From assembly GCA_027340875.1 (NCBI GenBank), contig DAIENX010000046.1:1-15045 (forward strand): DNA of 15,045 bases. The letters run 5' to 3'. This document shows positions 14,838-15,045 of the stretch, in pieces. The translations under genes were made by a program, and so were the position numbers. Position 1 is the stretch's first letter; the number at the start of each line of letters is the position of its first letter. Under the pieces are notes generated by a model that saw nothing but the letters and a program-made list of their open reading frames with translations, did no database searches and was not told the DNA's origin. This DNA comes from Elusimicrobiota bacterium (GTDB taxonomy: Bacteria; Elusimicrobiota; Elusimicrobia; Elusimicrobiales; UBA9959).

Positions 14838-14869
14838 TTATACGACTGTTTAATTATACATCCGTATAA
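14838..14869. promoter_or_regulatory. Two tandem 16-bp palindromic operators (TTATAC-N4-GTATAA), probable TetR sites
   Basis: TTATAC-GACT-GTTTAA (14838-14853, 1 mismatch) directly abuts TTATAC-ATCC-GTATAA (14854-14869, perfect arms). Together they cover the -10 box and the start site. Confidence 0.75.
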
Positions 14870-14881
14870 CAACTCCGTCAA
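14853..14881 (-). promoter_or_regulatory. Sigma70-type promoter of the tetR-efflux operon
   Basis: Minus strand TTGACG (14881-14876) -17 bp- TATAAT (14858-14853). Confidence 0.85.
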
Positions 14882-14905
14882 TCCCCTATTAGGGCTAAGA
14901 GGCGC

Positions 14906-14935
14906 AAAAAAAGCGCCCCGGTCACCCGGGGCGCT
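14906..14935 (-). terminator. Rho-independent terminator after the Gly-rich RNA-binding protein gene
   Basis: AGCGCCCCGG-4 nt loop-CCGGGGCGCT 10-bp stem followed on - by a T-run (AAAAAAA at 14906-14912 on +). Confidence 0.88.
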
Positions 14936-14958
14936 CAAGACCGTTAAAGGATCTTAGA

Positions 14959-15045
14959 TTACCACTTGTCGCCGTAGCCGCCGCGGCCACCGCGATCGCC
15001 GCGGCCGCCGCCGCCGAAACCGCCGGAGCGGGGGCGGGCTTCCAT
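14959..15045 (-). CDS. C-terminal fragment of a Gly/Arg-rich protein, probably an RRM RNA-binding protein (5' part outside the window)
   Basis: Minus strand translates ...MEARPRSGGFGGGGRGDRGGRGGYGDKW* (TAA at 14961-14959). It resembles the RGG tail of bacterial single-RRM proteins and is followed by a strong terminator. Confidence 0.6.
   Translation of the reverse strand: MEARPRSGGFGGGGRGDRGGRGGYGDKW

Noticed and set aside
1..15045. Taxonomic assignment (high GC with frequent ATA Ile codons, diderm TolC system and anaerobe-type genes; Elusimicrobiota came to mind)
   Set aside because: No marker gene is present in the window. This is an impression only and needs a homology search.

Overview
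GC-rich bacterial window. The left part holds a complete mercury-methylation pair, hgcA (2107-3087, cap-helix NVWCAAGK) and hgcB (3078-3374, two [4Fe-4S] motifs, CMECGAC, C-terminal CC). It is transcribed divergently from an arsR-arsC-acr3 arsenic-resistance operon across a 60-bp spacer. That spacer contains two back-to-back perfect TATAAT boxes and a candidate ArsR operator, and hgcA looks leaderless. Directly after hgcB is an apparent 122-bp non-autonomous IS200/IS605-type element inserted into a pre-existing hairpin. The rest is on the minus strand: an Uup-like ABC-F ATPase, an M42 peptidase, and a tightly packed 10-gene operon (TetR, TolC, HlyD, two ABC ATPases, two ABC-2 permeases, cupin, DUF438/hemerythrin/PAS, DUF1858) with a near-consensus sigma70 promoter overlapped by two tandem palindromic operators. 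The window ends are a partial MFS transporter and a Gly-rich tail, probably of an RRM RNA-binding protein. All calls come from reading motifs by eye; no database searches were run.
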